A stretch of DNA of 48,591 bases from a virus. Lineage: Duplodnaviria; Caudoviricetes. The translations under genes were made by a program, and so were the position numbers. Below are positions 1-8,612 of this stretch, piece by piece. Under the pieces are notes generated by a model, which had not been told where the DNA came from, ran no database searches, and saw only the letters and a list, made by a program, of their open reading frames with translations. How positions within the stretch are numbered: position 1 is the stretch's first letter; each line of letters opens with the position of its first letter. The stretch covers positions 1 through 48,591 of IMG/VR virus record IMGVR_UViG_3300016667_000489, one strand, 5' to 3'.

Positions 1-918
1 TGGCTCAAACAACAACAAGCACATTGGCTTTCTTCTGAAGTAACTCTTAATCAGGATCTTCTTGATTGGAATATGAATCTTACTCCTTCAGAGAAGTCTA
101 TTATTGGTGGCATTCTAAAGGGCTTCACACAGACTGAAATCTTCGTTAATGATTATTGGTCCAACAAGGTAGGTCGTTGGTTCCAGCATCCAGAAGTTGT
201 TATGGCTGCTACAACAATGGCTTCCTTTGAAACTATTCACACACAAGCCTATTCTCTACTTGATGAAACTCTTGGATTTGCTGATTATGAAGCATTCCTT
301 GCAGAACCAACCATTAAAGCCAAGATTGATCGTCTTGTAGAAACCGGCAACATTGATACAACTGATATGACGGTAGAGAAAAAGATGACAATGGCAAAGT
401 CTCTTGCTGTATTCTCTGCATTTACAGAAGGCGTTTCCCTTTTCTCTTCATTTGCTGTCCTTTTACATTTCTCTCGTTATAATAAAATGAAAGGCATGAG
501 TCAGATCGTCACTTGGAGTATTAAGGATGAAACGCTACATTCGGAATTTGGTTGTTATTTGTTTAGAACATTTATTGAAGAAAATCCGGAAATCTGGACC
601 GACGAATTCAAGAAAGAAATCTACCAAGCAGCAAGAGATACTGTGGCTTTAGAAGATAACTTTATTGATAAGGTATTTGAGCATGGAGACATTGAAGGTC
701 TTACCAAGGAAGATTTAAAGGATTTCATCAGACACCGCACAAACATGCAACTTGGTAAACTCGGTTTAAAACAGAATTGGAAGAATGTAGACAAGGAAGC
801 ATTGAAGCGTATGGAATGGTTTGATGCTATCGGTGCTGGAGTTAGACTTGATGATTTCTTTAGCGTTAAGCCAACTGACTATAGCCGTGGAGTTGTAAAT
901 TTTGATGATATGTTTTGA
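1..918 (+). CDS. nrdB: Ribonucleotide reductase class I beta subunit (5'-truncated by window edge)
   Basis: Frame is open from base 1 (WLKQQQAHWLSSEV...). Ferritin-like motifs ETIHTQAY, FTEGVSLFSSF, WSIKDETLH and C-terminal DFF...PTDY are present. Confidence 0.96.
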   Translation, partial: WLKQQQAHWLSSEVTLNQDLLDWNMNLTPSEKSIIGGILKGFTQTEIFVNDYWSNKVGRWFQHPEVVMAATTMASFETIHTQAYSLLDETLGFADYEAFLAEPTIKAKIDRLVETGNIDTTDMTVEKKMTMAKSLAVFSAFTEGVSLFSSFAVLLHFSRYNKMKGMSQIVTWSIKDETLHSEFGCYLFRTFIEENPEIWTDEFKKEIYQAARDTVALEDNFIDKVFEHGDIEGLTKEDLKDFIRHRTNMQLGKLGLKQNWKNVDKEALKRMEWFDAIGAGVRLDDFFSVKPTDYSRGVVNFDDMF

Positions 919-1459
919 TCCACAAGTTTTAATAGGCAAGAAATTTAAACGCTTTACTGTGTTAGAATATCTTGGTAAAAACGAACATAAAAGACACTTA
1001 TATAAGTGTTTATGTGAATGTGGTAAAGAAAAAGCTGTAACAAAAGATAATTTGTTTAATAAAACAGGAAGCTGCGGTTGTTTAAAACGTGATTTAATCA
1101 TTGAAAACAAGGGAGTAACAATAGAAGAACGTTGTGTTAAAGGATTGCATAGTCGGTATGTCGCTCATGCGAAAAATAAAAATGTTCCATTTGATTTGAC
1201 ACGTGAAGACATAAAGCATTTAATATTTTCAAATTGTTTTTATTGCAACTCTCCACCAAAAGGAAAATTTCTTCAAAAAAGAAAATATGAAGAAAGAACT
1301 ATATGTTACAATGGAATTGATGAAGCTAATATTGGTCAAGGATACACAAAAGGAAATGCTTTAAGTTGTTGTTGGACTTGCAATGATTTAAAAAGTAATA
1401 GAAATAAAGAAGATTTTTTAGCTTTGATCAAAGCAATATATGTAAACTGTATAAGGTAA
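902..1459 (+). CDS. Free-standing HNH-type homing endonuclease-like protein
   Basis: N-terminal GKKF..FTV...CLCECG...SCGC module and C-terminal CFYC...YNGID...GY...N..SCC..CN..K, typical of phage HNH/AP2-associated proteins. AT-rich, between nrdB and nrdA. Confidence 0.75.
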   Translation: MMICFDPQVLIGKKFKRFTVLEYLGKNEHKRHLYKCLCECGKEKAVTKDNLFNKTGSCGCLKRDLIIENKGVTIEERCVKGLHSRYVAHAKNKNVPFDLTREDIKHLIFSNCFYCNSPPKGKFLQKRKYEERTICYNGIDEANIGQGYTKGNALSCCWTCNDLKSNRNKEDFLALIKAIYVNCIR

Positions 1460-1462
1460 AAT

Positions 1463-3175
1463 ATGAAAAAAACATTAGAACAATTAAAAGCAGAAGGGGA
1501 AGCCCCAGACTGGCTAACGAGCGATGCACTTCAAATGTTAAATGGTGGTTATCTTTGGAATGATGAAACTCCAAAGGCTATGTATCGTCGTGTAGCAACA
1601 AATGTAGCCAAGTCACTTAATAAGCCAGAACTTGAAACAAAGTTCTTTGATATTATGTGGAAAAACTGGTTATGTCCTTCTACTCCAGTTCTATGCAATG
1701 CAGGAACAGATAGAGGTCTTCCTATCTCCTGTTTCTCTTCATATATGGCTGATGACACCTATGAGATCCTTGAAACCCTACAGGAAGTAGCAATGCTATC
1801 CAAGTATGGTGGTGGAACAGCTATTCACGTTAATGATGTTCGTGCTAAAGGCACTCCAATCTCAAAGGGTGGACATTCTGATGGTGTAGTTCCATTCCTT
1901 AAAATGGCAGATAGCGTTATTCTTGGCATATCACAGGGTTCTACCCGTAGAGGTGCCTGTGCTGCTTACATTGATATTGAACATGGTGATTTTGACGAGT
2001 TCCTACAGTCTCGTAGACCTACTGGAGATACCAATCGTCAATGCCTTAATCTTCATCACGGTGTTTGTGTCTCTAATGCGTTTATAGACAAGGTTAAGTC
2101 TGGAGATGCAGAAGCTCGTAGACGCTGGAAAGAGCTTGTTAAAAGCCGTGTAGAGACAGGAGAGCCTTACGTTTTCTTTACAGACAATGCTAATGATCAA
2201 GCACCAGAAGTATTGAAGAATACCGGTATTAAACTTAAAGGTTCAAATCTTTGCTCCGAAATCTTCCTTCCTACAGATAAGGAACATACATTTGTTTGCT
2301 GCCTTTCTTCCCTTAATCTTTCAAGATGGGATGAATGGAAAGATACAGATACAGTTCAACTCTCTGTATGGTTCCTTGATGGTATAATGGAAGAGTTTAT
2401 CCAGAAAGCCTCAAAGCTTCGTGGATTTGAAAGAGCAATGAGATTTGCAGTTAAATCCCGTGCCCTCGGTCTTGGTGTTCTCGGTCTACATTCATACTTC
2501 CAAAAGAATATGATTGCATTTGATAGCCTACAAGCTTATCTTCAGAATAAGATTATCTTCAAGAAGATTAGAGAAGAAGCAGAGTTGGCAACAACAGCTC
2601 TTGCGGCTGAATATGGAGAGCCAGAATGGTGTAAGGGTCACAACAGAAGAAATGCTACCCTTATGGCTATAGCACCAACTGTATCTAACTCCCTTATTGC
2701 TTCTAACGTATCTCAAGGTATTGAGCCATGGATTGCTAATGCATTTGCTCAAAAGAGTGCAAAGGGAACATTCGTAAGAAGAAATCCAGAGCTCGAGAAG
2801 CTTCTTAAGAGCATTGGACAGGATACCGATGAAGTTTGGGGTTCAATCCTTAAGAACGATGGTTCAGTTCAGCATTTGGAATGTTTAACAGCGGAACAAA
2901 AAGAAGTATTCCTTACAGCAAGAGAGTTAAATCAGTTTGCTATTGTTAAGTTGGCGGCTGAAAGACAGAAGTTCATTGATCAAGGACAAAGCATCAATAT
3001 CTTCTTCCCAGCCAATAGCGATCCAAAGTATATTAATCAGGTTCACTTGGAAGCTGCCACAAGCGGATTAAAGAGCCTTTATTATCTTCGTTCTACATCA
3101 GTTCTTAAAGCTGAACAGAACAGCAATGCAGTATACAAGAGAGAACTAACAGAATGCACATGGTGCGAGGGCTGA
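1463..3175 (+). CDS. nrdA: Ribonucleotide reductase class I alpha subunit (short, no ATP cone)
   Basis: Motifs STPVLCN, RGLPISCF, SKYGGG, QGSTRRG, SNLCSEI, VCCLSSLN, IAPTVSNS, SLYYLRS and C-terminal CTWCEG. Confidence 0.97.
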   Translation: MKKTLEQLKAEGEAPDWLTSDALQMLNGGYLWNDETPKAMYRRVATNVAKSLNKPELETKFFDIMWKNWLCPSTPVLCNAGTDRGLPISCFSSYMADDTYEILETLQEVAMLSKYGGGTAIHVNDVRAKGTPISKGGHSDGVVPFLKMADSVILGISQGSTRRGACAAYIDIEHGDFDEFLQSRRPTGDTNRQCLNLHHGVCVSNAFIDKVKSGDAEARRRWKELVKSRVETGEPYVFFTDNANDQAPEVLKNTGIKLKGSNLCSEIFLPTDKEHTFVCCLSSLNLSRWDEWKDTDTVQLSVWFLDGIMEEFIQKASKLRGFERAMRFAVKSRALGLGVLGLHSYFQKNMIAFDSLQAYLQNKIIFKKIREEAELATTALAAEYGEPEWCKGHNRRNATLMAIAPTVSNSLIASNVSQGIEPWIANAFAQKSAKGTFVRRNPELEKLLKSIGQDTDEVWGSILKNDGSVQHLECLTAEQKEVFLTARELNQFAIVKLAAERQKFIDQGQSINIFFPANSDPKYINQVHLEAATSGLKSLYYLRSTSVLKAEQNSNAVYKRELTECTWCEG

Positions 3176-3179
3176 TTAT

Positions 3180-3866
3180 ATGACAATAAGAGTATTAGAT
3201 TTAAGAGCCGAACAAAAGAATCCATTTCCTCCAAAAAAAGGAGCAGATGGTAAAACTGTTAACACATCAAAAACCCTTAAAGGTAAAACAGTTTGTCGTG
3301 ATCCAAAAACAATAACGGGCATAACCATCCATCAAACTGCCTGTGTATTTGGTCCAGCTAATGATAGAGAAAAAGCTTATAGACGTGCATTAGGTATTCC
3401 TGCTCATGCAGTAGCATACAGAGATGGGGTATATGTAATCACAGCACCATTAGATTGGTATCTTTATCATGGAAATGATCTTAACTCATTCAGTCTTGGA
3501 TTAGAGTGCGAAGGTCATTATCCAGGTTTATTGGACGACCCCAAGACGCCTATTAGAGAAGATGTTAAATCAACTTGGGGCGGTGATCCAACTCCATTGG
3601 ATGATAAGGCTATAGAGACATTTAGAGCCGCCCTTAAGTGGTTAGTAGAGAATGGCAGAGCCGCTGGTATGCCAATAGAATATATCTGGGCACACAGACA
3701 ATCAAATGGTCAGAAACCATCAGATCCTGGGATGGGTATTTGGCAGAAGGTTGTAGTAGAGTATGGTGTTCCAGTATTAGGATTAAAGACTCAAACAGAT
3801 AAGTGTTGGAAAGATGGTAAGAAGATCCCAACAAACTGGGATCCATCCGGCGTAGGAAAGTATTGA
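3180..3866 (+). CDS. N-acetylmuramoyl-L-alanine amidase (Amidase_2), putative endolysin
   Basis: Zn-amidase motifs ITIHQTA, YHGN..N..SLGLECEG, WAHRQ...K.SDPG. Confidence 0.85.
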   Translation: MTIRVLDLRAEQKNPFPPKKGADGKTVNTSKTLKGKTVCRDPKTITGITIHQTACVFGPANDREKAYRRALGIPAHAVAYRDGVYVITAPLDWYLYHGNDLNSFSLGLECEGHYPGLLDDPKTPIREDVKSTWGGDPTPLDDKAIETFRAALKWLVENGRAAGMPIEYIWAHRQSNGQKPSDPGMGIWQKVVVEYGVPVLGLKTQTDKCWKDGKKIPTNWDPSGVGKY

Positions 3867-3887
3867 AGAGATCAATATTTAAAAGAT

Positions 3888-4772
3888 ATGCATGAAGATT
3901 TAAAAAAGCTTTTAGAATATCTTTTAGAAGAAGAGTTGGAAGAACAAGTAGCGATTAGCACAGGTGGTGGAGCTTTGTCTTCAACTGGTGCAATTGCCGG
4001 TGGCAGTGCAGCTTCAGCATTGAACCCTGCTGATTTTCATCCTCCTCCTAAAAGTAAGTTGGAAGAAGTCAATACTGTATCTGGATACTTTGGATTTTCA
4101 AATTCGGAAGGAGTTACCTCTATTCCAGAAGAAGATCAAGATTTTGAACGCCCAATAAAAAAAGCAAAACGTTTTAAGTTTCGTAAAAGTGAGAGAGGTT
4201 ATAATCCAACCGCAGATACAATGTGGAACTATGGAGATAAACCAACCGGTGATTTGCCTACAGAAAAAGTGAAATACATTGCTTTAGAAGAACAATCAGT
4301 TCCAGCAATGAAGAAAGCGGATAGAGTAAGAATATTTCAAGATAAAGGTCATCCAATGAAACAGGAATCATTAACTGTTTTCATTGATTTCCTAAAGTTC
4401 TGTAATAGCATATTAAAGATGGAAAATATGCCAGACATATATCTTCACACAATAAAGAAAAAGGATATGACAACTGGCATGTATAATCGTGGCGAGCACA
4501 TGATTCACGTCTTGGTTGGCAAACGCCTTTTAGTAGATGTTTTAAGAACCATTGCCCATGAACTTACCCATGCTCGTCAGGAAGAGGCGGGATTACTTGA
4601 TAAGCATTTAGCAAATGTTGATCCTATGAATGAGATGGGAGACATAGACACAGTTTACGAGAATGAAGCTTATACTCTTGCTGGAAACATCGTAAAGATA
4701 TTCTGCCGCAAATATAAGCGGATTCCAAAAGACGAGTTATATCAGCTTAATGAAAATAAGAAAATCATGTGA
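3888..4772 (+). CDS. Putative virion protein with C-terminal HExxH zinc-metallopeptidase-like domain
   Basis: LRTIAHELTHARQ followed by ENEAY. N-terminal LKKLLEYLLEEE leader. Confidence 0.6.
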   Translation: MHEDLKKLLEYLLEEELEEQVAISTGGGALSSTGAIAGGSAASALNPADFHPPPKSKLEEVNTVSGYFGFSNSEGVTSIPEEDQDFERPIKKAKRFKFRKSERGYNPTADTMWNYGDKPTGDLPTEKVKYIALEEQSVPAMKKADRVRIFQDKGHPMKQESLTVFIDFLKFCNSILKMENMPDIYLHTIKKKDMTTGMYNRGEHMIHVLVGKRLLVDVLRTIAHELTHARQEEAGLLDKHLANVDPMNEMGDIDTVYENEAYTLAGNIVKIFCRKYKRIPKDELYQLNENKKIM

Positions 4773-4818
4773 TGAAGATCACACATGACACCTATATTTA
4801 TATATATGGGGGTATGTT

Positions 4819-5610
4819 ATGAGAAAGGTGTTATGGGGTTTAGTTTTAGGAGTGGCGCTATTATTTAGTTGCCATAGTAGTGTTCCTGTCCAAAGAGACA
4901 GAGGAAGTCCACCGCTGGAGAATGCTGTAAGAGCAACGGTCGCCTTCATAGAAAATAGAACAGAAACTGCCGCTGATCAAACCGCACAGGTATATTGCAG
5001 CGGCTTTTTTGTTTCTGAAAACACAATCGTAAGTGCATTACATTGTTTCCAAGAAATGCGCTTAATACGTTTAGGAGAAACCGTAATGCAAATGCCAACA
5101 AGACCAAATCCAACCGGTGTTGTTGTTCAATTTGTAAGACACGGCGATATTAGTATGCTAAATCAACGTTTCATTAATGACGAACTTAATGAAGCAACGG
5201 TTGCATACATAGATCAAGAAAATGATTTGGCTATATTAGAACTTCGGGAAGGCACAAGAAATTCTGATTATAGTCTAATCCTACAAGTAGGATCACCAGA
5301 TATAGCACAACATGTTTTCCTTGTTGGGCATCCTCTTGAACTTATATGGTCTGTAGTAGATGGTATAATTTCAAGAAACATTGTTGAAAATAGACAGCTT
5401 TACAGAATACAAGCTTCTATTCCTCTCATTGGTGGATTTTCTGGGGGACCATTATTATTACCAAATGGAAGAGTTATTGGTGTAGCAAGTGCTTATATTG
5501 GCAATATGCATCACTTGTCTTTGTTTATTCCTGCTCGAGCCATTACAAACGGCTTGTTTAAGTATGAAATGAATAGATACCATGCTCCAGCACGTAGTTC
5601 ACATCAATAG
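4819..5610 (+). CDS. Trypsin-like serine protease, predicted lipoprotein
   Basis: Signal peptide ending LLFSC. Catalytic triad motifs SALHC, DLAIL, GFSGGPL. Confidence 0.88.
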   Translation: MRKVLWGLVLGVALLFSCHSSVPVQRDRGSPPLENAVRATVAFIENRTETAADQTAQVYCSGFFVSENTIVSALHCFQEMRLIRLGETVMQMPTRPNPTGVVVQFVRHGDISMLNQRFINDELNEATVAYIDQENDLAILELREGTRNSDYSLILQVGSPDIAQHVFLVGHPLELIWSVVDGIISRNIVENRQLYRIQASIPLIGGFSGGPLLLPNGRVIGVASAYIGNMHHLSLFIPARAITNGLFKYEMNRYHAPARSSHQ

Positions 5611-5630
5611 TATACTATAATATTAAATGA

Positions 5631-5639
5631 TGCTATAAT
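5631..5639 (+). promoter_or_regulatory. Extended -10 promoter (TGcTATAAT), leaderless
   Basis: TG-n-TATAAT ends 6 nt before ATG 5646. The -35 is weak. Confidence 0.6.
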
Positions 5640-5645
5640 CTATGC

Positions 5646-5984
5646 ATGTTTGAACGATTTAAAAGTATATTCTCTCGCAAAAAAGAAAAAGAGAAAACAG
5701 TATTAGATATTGTTCAAGATGCTCCGATTGGAATAACGTTAAAAGTTAAGTTTAAAGATCCGAGAAAATTAGGATTGATAGACCCATCTGGCGGATTAAC
5801 ACGAAGATATGACAATGAGGATTTAGACAAAAGAATCCTCATTGGCACTTTATTAATCAAAAAAAATATTAATGGTATGCTTTTTTTAGAGATTGGTTGT
5901 TTTAAAATGAGAAATGGAATGAGAGTTGAAAGAACATACACTCTTATGGTAGAAGAGATAGAACACATAGAGGAAATTAAATGA
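5646..5984 (+). CDS. Hypothetical protein
   Basis: ORF with upstream promoter and ATGA coupling to the next gene. Confidence 0.7.
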   Translation: MFERFKSIFSRKKEKEKTVLDIVQDAPIGITLKVKFKDPRKLGLIDPSGGLTRRYDNEDLDKRILIGTLLIKKNINGMLFLEIGCFKMRNGMRVERTYTLMVEEIEHIEEIK

Positions 5985-6232
5985 AATCACTTCATATCCA
6001 TACTCAACAAGATGAAGAAGCACGTATAACTGGAACAAGAGAAGCCCTGGAAGCTCTACAAAAAGCCCTTAATCAACTTATTTCTTCTGGCAAATCAGAG
6101 AAACAAGCTTCGGTTGAAGTTCAATATAATAACGGTCGTTCATATCAGCTATCAATCCAAATGAAACCAAATCTTGAGGATGAACATATACCTTGTGACT
6201 CATGCAAGAGATGGGATGGAGAAAGCGTATGA
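5981..6232 (+). CDS. Hypothetical protein
   Basis: GAGG SD and ATGA overlaps at both ends. Confidence 0.7.
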   Translation: MKSLHIHTQQDEEARITGTREALEALQKALNQLISSGKSEKQASVEVQYNNGRSYQLSIQMKPNLEDEHIPCDSCKRWDGESV

Positions 6233-6900
6233 AAGAAGAATATCAGAATAAAGTAGAACTTCTTGGGCATTATGGTGGCGACCTGGCTCATGCTCAATCA
6301 GCTTGGACCAGCACGGTTCGTGATATTGATGAAGCCAAGATGAATAGAATGCCAGCTCTACTAAAGATGCTTGCCGAGAATCATCACGAAACTCCATTTG
6401 AGAAGTCAAGCCTTCATTTCCTTGTAACAACGGAGGTTGCTTCGCATATTCATATTATTAAGCATCGTATTGGTGTATCTGTAAATGGTGAGAGTGCCCG
6501 TTATAAGGAACTTAAAGACGACAAGTATTATGTTCCACAGGATTGGGACGATGAAGAAGTAAAGCTTTATGTAGAACACATGGAAGGCAGTCTTAAGAGC
6601 TACCATGAATGTTTAAATCGTCTTGTAGCCAAGGGCGTATCCCGTAAGCGTGCAAAAGAGAGTGCTCGTCTATATTTGCCATATGGTAATCAATTGACGG
6701 CTGACGTAATGTTTAACTTCCGTTCTTTTGCTCATTTCCTTGGATTGAGATATTCTGCTCATGCCCAGGTAGAAATAAGAGATATTGCCAGACAGATGCT
6801 TGAACAGGTAGTTGCTATTGAAGGAAATCCATTCCAACATACACTTAAGGCGTTTAAGTTAGTAGATGAAAGTGGAAAGATTAGAGAACCTTTTGAATGA
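6229..6900 (+). CDS. thyX: FAD-dependent thymidylate synthase
   Basis: Motifs HETPFE, KHR...SARY, ESARLYLP, NFRSFAHFLGLR...HAQVEIR. Start placed at the ATGA overlap at 6229. Confidence 0.95.
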   Translation: MKEEYQNKVELLGHYGGDLAHAQSAWTSTVRDIDEAKMNRMPALLKMLAENHHETPFEKSSLHFLVTTEVASHIHIIKHRIGVSVNGESARYKELKDDKYYVPQDWDDEEVKLYVEHMEGSLKSYHECLNRLVAKGVSRKRAKESARLYLPYGNQLTADVMFNFRSFAHFLGLRYSAHAQVEIRDIARQMLEQVVAIEGNPFQHTLKAFKLVDESGKIREPFE

Positions 6901-6918
6901 GCCTAATATTTAACGGAT

Positions 6919-7350
6919 ATGGCATTCAATTATAGAACCGGTCAAAATAACGTAGCAGAGTATCAAGCAAGTGGTTTACCGTATGTAACTCAATCGGTAG
7001 CTACTGCTGGGTCCGTATCAAATGTTCAATTTCCATTTGTAACAAATGAAGTTACAGTAAAAAATAATACTGCTGGCATTTTAAAAGTTGCATTCACAGC
7101 AAATGGTTTAGCAGGTTCTAACTTTTTTACGTTGCCTGTAAGTGGTTCATATGAAGCCCGGCTTCGTATTACCGATCTTTATTTGTCTGCTCAAGCAGGA
7201 TCTGTAACATATGAAGTTGTAGCCGGATTAACAACTATTCCAAGACAAGATTTCTATATTCTTACTGGAGCTCTTAATGTATTCAGCGGTTCAGAACAGC
7301 AGATCCTTGATTATGGACTCAAGGGTCTTGGTTATTCTGGTATCGGATGA
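6919..7350 (+). CDS. Hypothetical beta-rich protein, probably virion structural
   Basis: G/S/T/V-rich. Preceded by an ATATTTAA motif and followed by a terminator. Confidence 0.55.
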   Translation: MAFNYRTGQNNVAEYQASGLPYVTQSVATAGSVSNVQFPFVTNEVTVKNNTAGILKVAFTANGLAGSNFFTLPVSGSYEARLRITDLYLSAQAGSVTYEVVAGLTTIPRQDFYILTGALNVFSGSEQQILDYGLKGLGYSGIG

Positions 7351-7386
7351 CACAAAACGTATCTTCTAACATATTACATTTATAAG

Positions 7387-7420
7387 AAGACAGGATTAAC
7401 CTCCTGTCTTTTTTTGTTTT
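7387..7420 (+). terminator. Intrinsic terminator
   Basis: AAGACAGGA/TCCTGTCTT stem followed by a T tract. Confidence 0.85.
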
Positions 7421-7478
7421 GCGAATATAAAAAGATATTACGATATGTTAAGCTCCTTTTTAATCAATAGAGGATAAA

Positions 7479-8168
7479 ATGGGAAAATATACAGAATTAG
7501 CCGAAAAAATCGGTAAGTTGGTTGATGAAAAAAATGCGGCGTATGGTTCATCTTTTGACCAAGCCGGAGATTTTTTAAAGTTGCTATATCCAGACGGAAT
7601 ACCGGTAGATTCATATACGGATATGCTATGTGTAGTTCGTATTTTTGATAAGCTTAAGCGTATTGCAACACGTAAGGATGCTTTTGGAGAAAGTCCTTAT
7701 GGAGATATTGTAGGATATGGATTGCTTGGCTTGTATAAGGACGGCGGCTCACAAAAGGTAGAAAATGCAGAGCCAGTTGCACCAACACCAGAAGTCAAAC
7801 AAGAACCGGTTGCACCAAAGCCTCCAGAACCAAAACCTGCACCTGTAGCTGCTCCTGCGCCTACACCTCCTCCTGCACCTGCTCCATCAGTCCCACCAGC
7901 CGTAAATGCTACAGCATCAGTTCAAAAGGTTATAGAACACGTTGGAGTTAAGAAGGAAATTGCCCCAGCAGCAACGACTCCATTGGTAAACAATGAAAAA
8001 AAAGAAGAGGCCGCCCCAGTAAAAAAGCCTAATTGTGCGCTCTGTGGGTTGGAGGTTGAGGGCACAATTCCAGAAGAAGAACTAAAGGCTGGCAAGACCA
8101 TTGTACACAACGATTGTTATAGCAAATATTTGAGAGAACAAAAGGCAAAGGAAAAGGCAAAGACCTGA
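7479..8168 (+). CDS. Nucleotide-modification-associated (DUF1599/Nmad1-like) domain + Pro-rich linker + Zn finger
   Basis: KNAAYGSSF...RIFDKLKRI...ES..GDIVGYG, then a PAP-rich linker and CALC...HNDC. Confidence 0.65.
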   Translation: MGKYTELAEKIGKLVDEKNAAYGSSFDQAGDFLKLLYPDGIPVDSYTDMLCVVRIFDKLKRIATRKDAFGESPYGDIVGYGLLGLYKDGGSQKVENAEPVAPTPEVKQEPVAPKPPEPKPAPVAAPAPTPPPAPAPSVPPAVNATASVQKVIEHVGVKKEIAPAATTPLVNNEKKEEAAPVKKPNCALCGLEVEGTIPEEELKAGKTIVHNDCYSKYLREQKAKEKAKT

Positions 8169-8169
8169 T

Positions 8170-8541
8170 ATGGAATCCTTCTTAATATTTGCAAGCTATT
8201 TCATAGTTTTTAGTCTTGGTTATATCTTAAGCAAGATGGATAATCCTACGCCTATCAACGTACATATCCAAAATCCAATAGCTCAAAATATTAATCCAGA
8301 ACCAGCATCAGAAAAACCAGTTAGTTTTATATCAAGAGTATCATCGGAAAATTCTACTAAAGGTTCTTTTGGTGGATTGCGTAAGATTGAGATTGATGAT
8401 AGGAAGTTTATAACAGAAGTTAAAACTGATAGTCTTGAGAAGAAATTTGATGATCTTGGTAAGACGACAGTAGCTAAAGACGAAGGTTTAAGTGCTAATG
8501 TTTCTAAACTGGCATCATTGAAAAAGTCTAAAGAGGACTGA
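8170..8541 (+). CDS. Single-pass membrane protein upstream of actin-like gene
   Basis: N-terminal hydrophobic helix FLIFASYFIVFSLGYIL. Confidence 0.65.
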   Translation: MESFLIFASYFIVFSLGYILSKMDNPTPINVHIQNPIAQNINPEPASEKPVSFISRVSSENSTKGSFGGLRKIEIDDRKFITEVKTDSLEKKFDDLGKTTVAKDEGLSANVSKLASLKKSKED

Positions 8542-8612
8542 TGGGGTTTAAAATTATAACAACTCAAGAGTTAGAACAAATGCAAGCAAAGAAAGCTAAA
8601 AGGAGTAAAAAG

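Noticed and set aside
7760-7900. Pro/Ala-rich and Gly/Glu-rich low-complexity tracts (also 25255-25640, 30690-30800) as DNA repeats
   Set aside because: They are coding linkers with no exact nucleotide periodicity.
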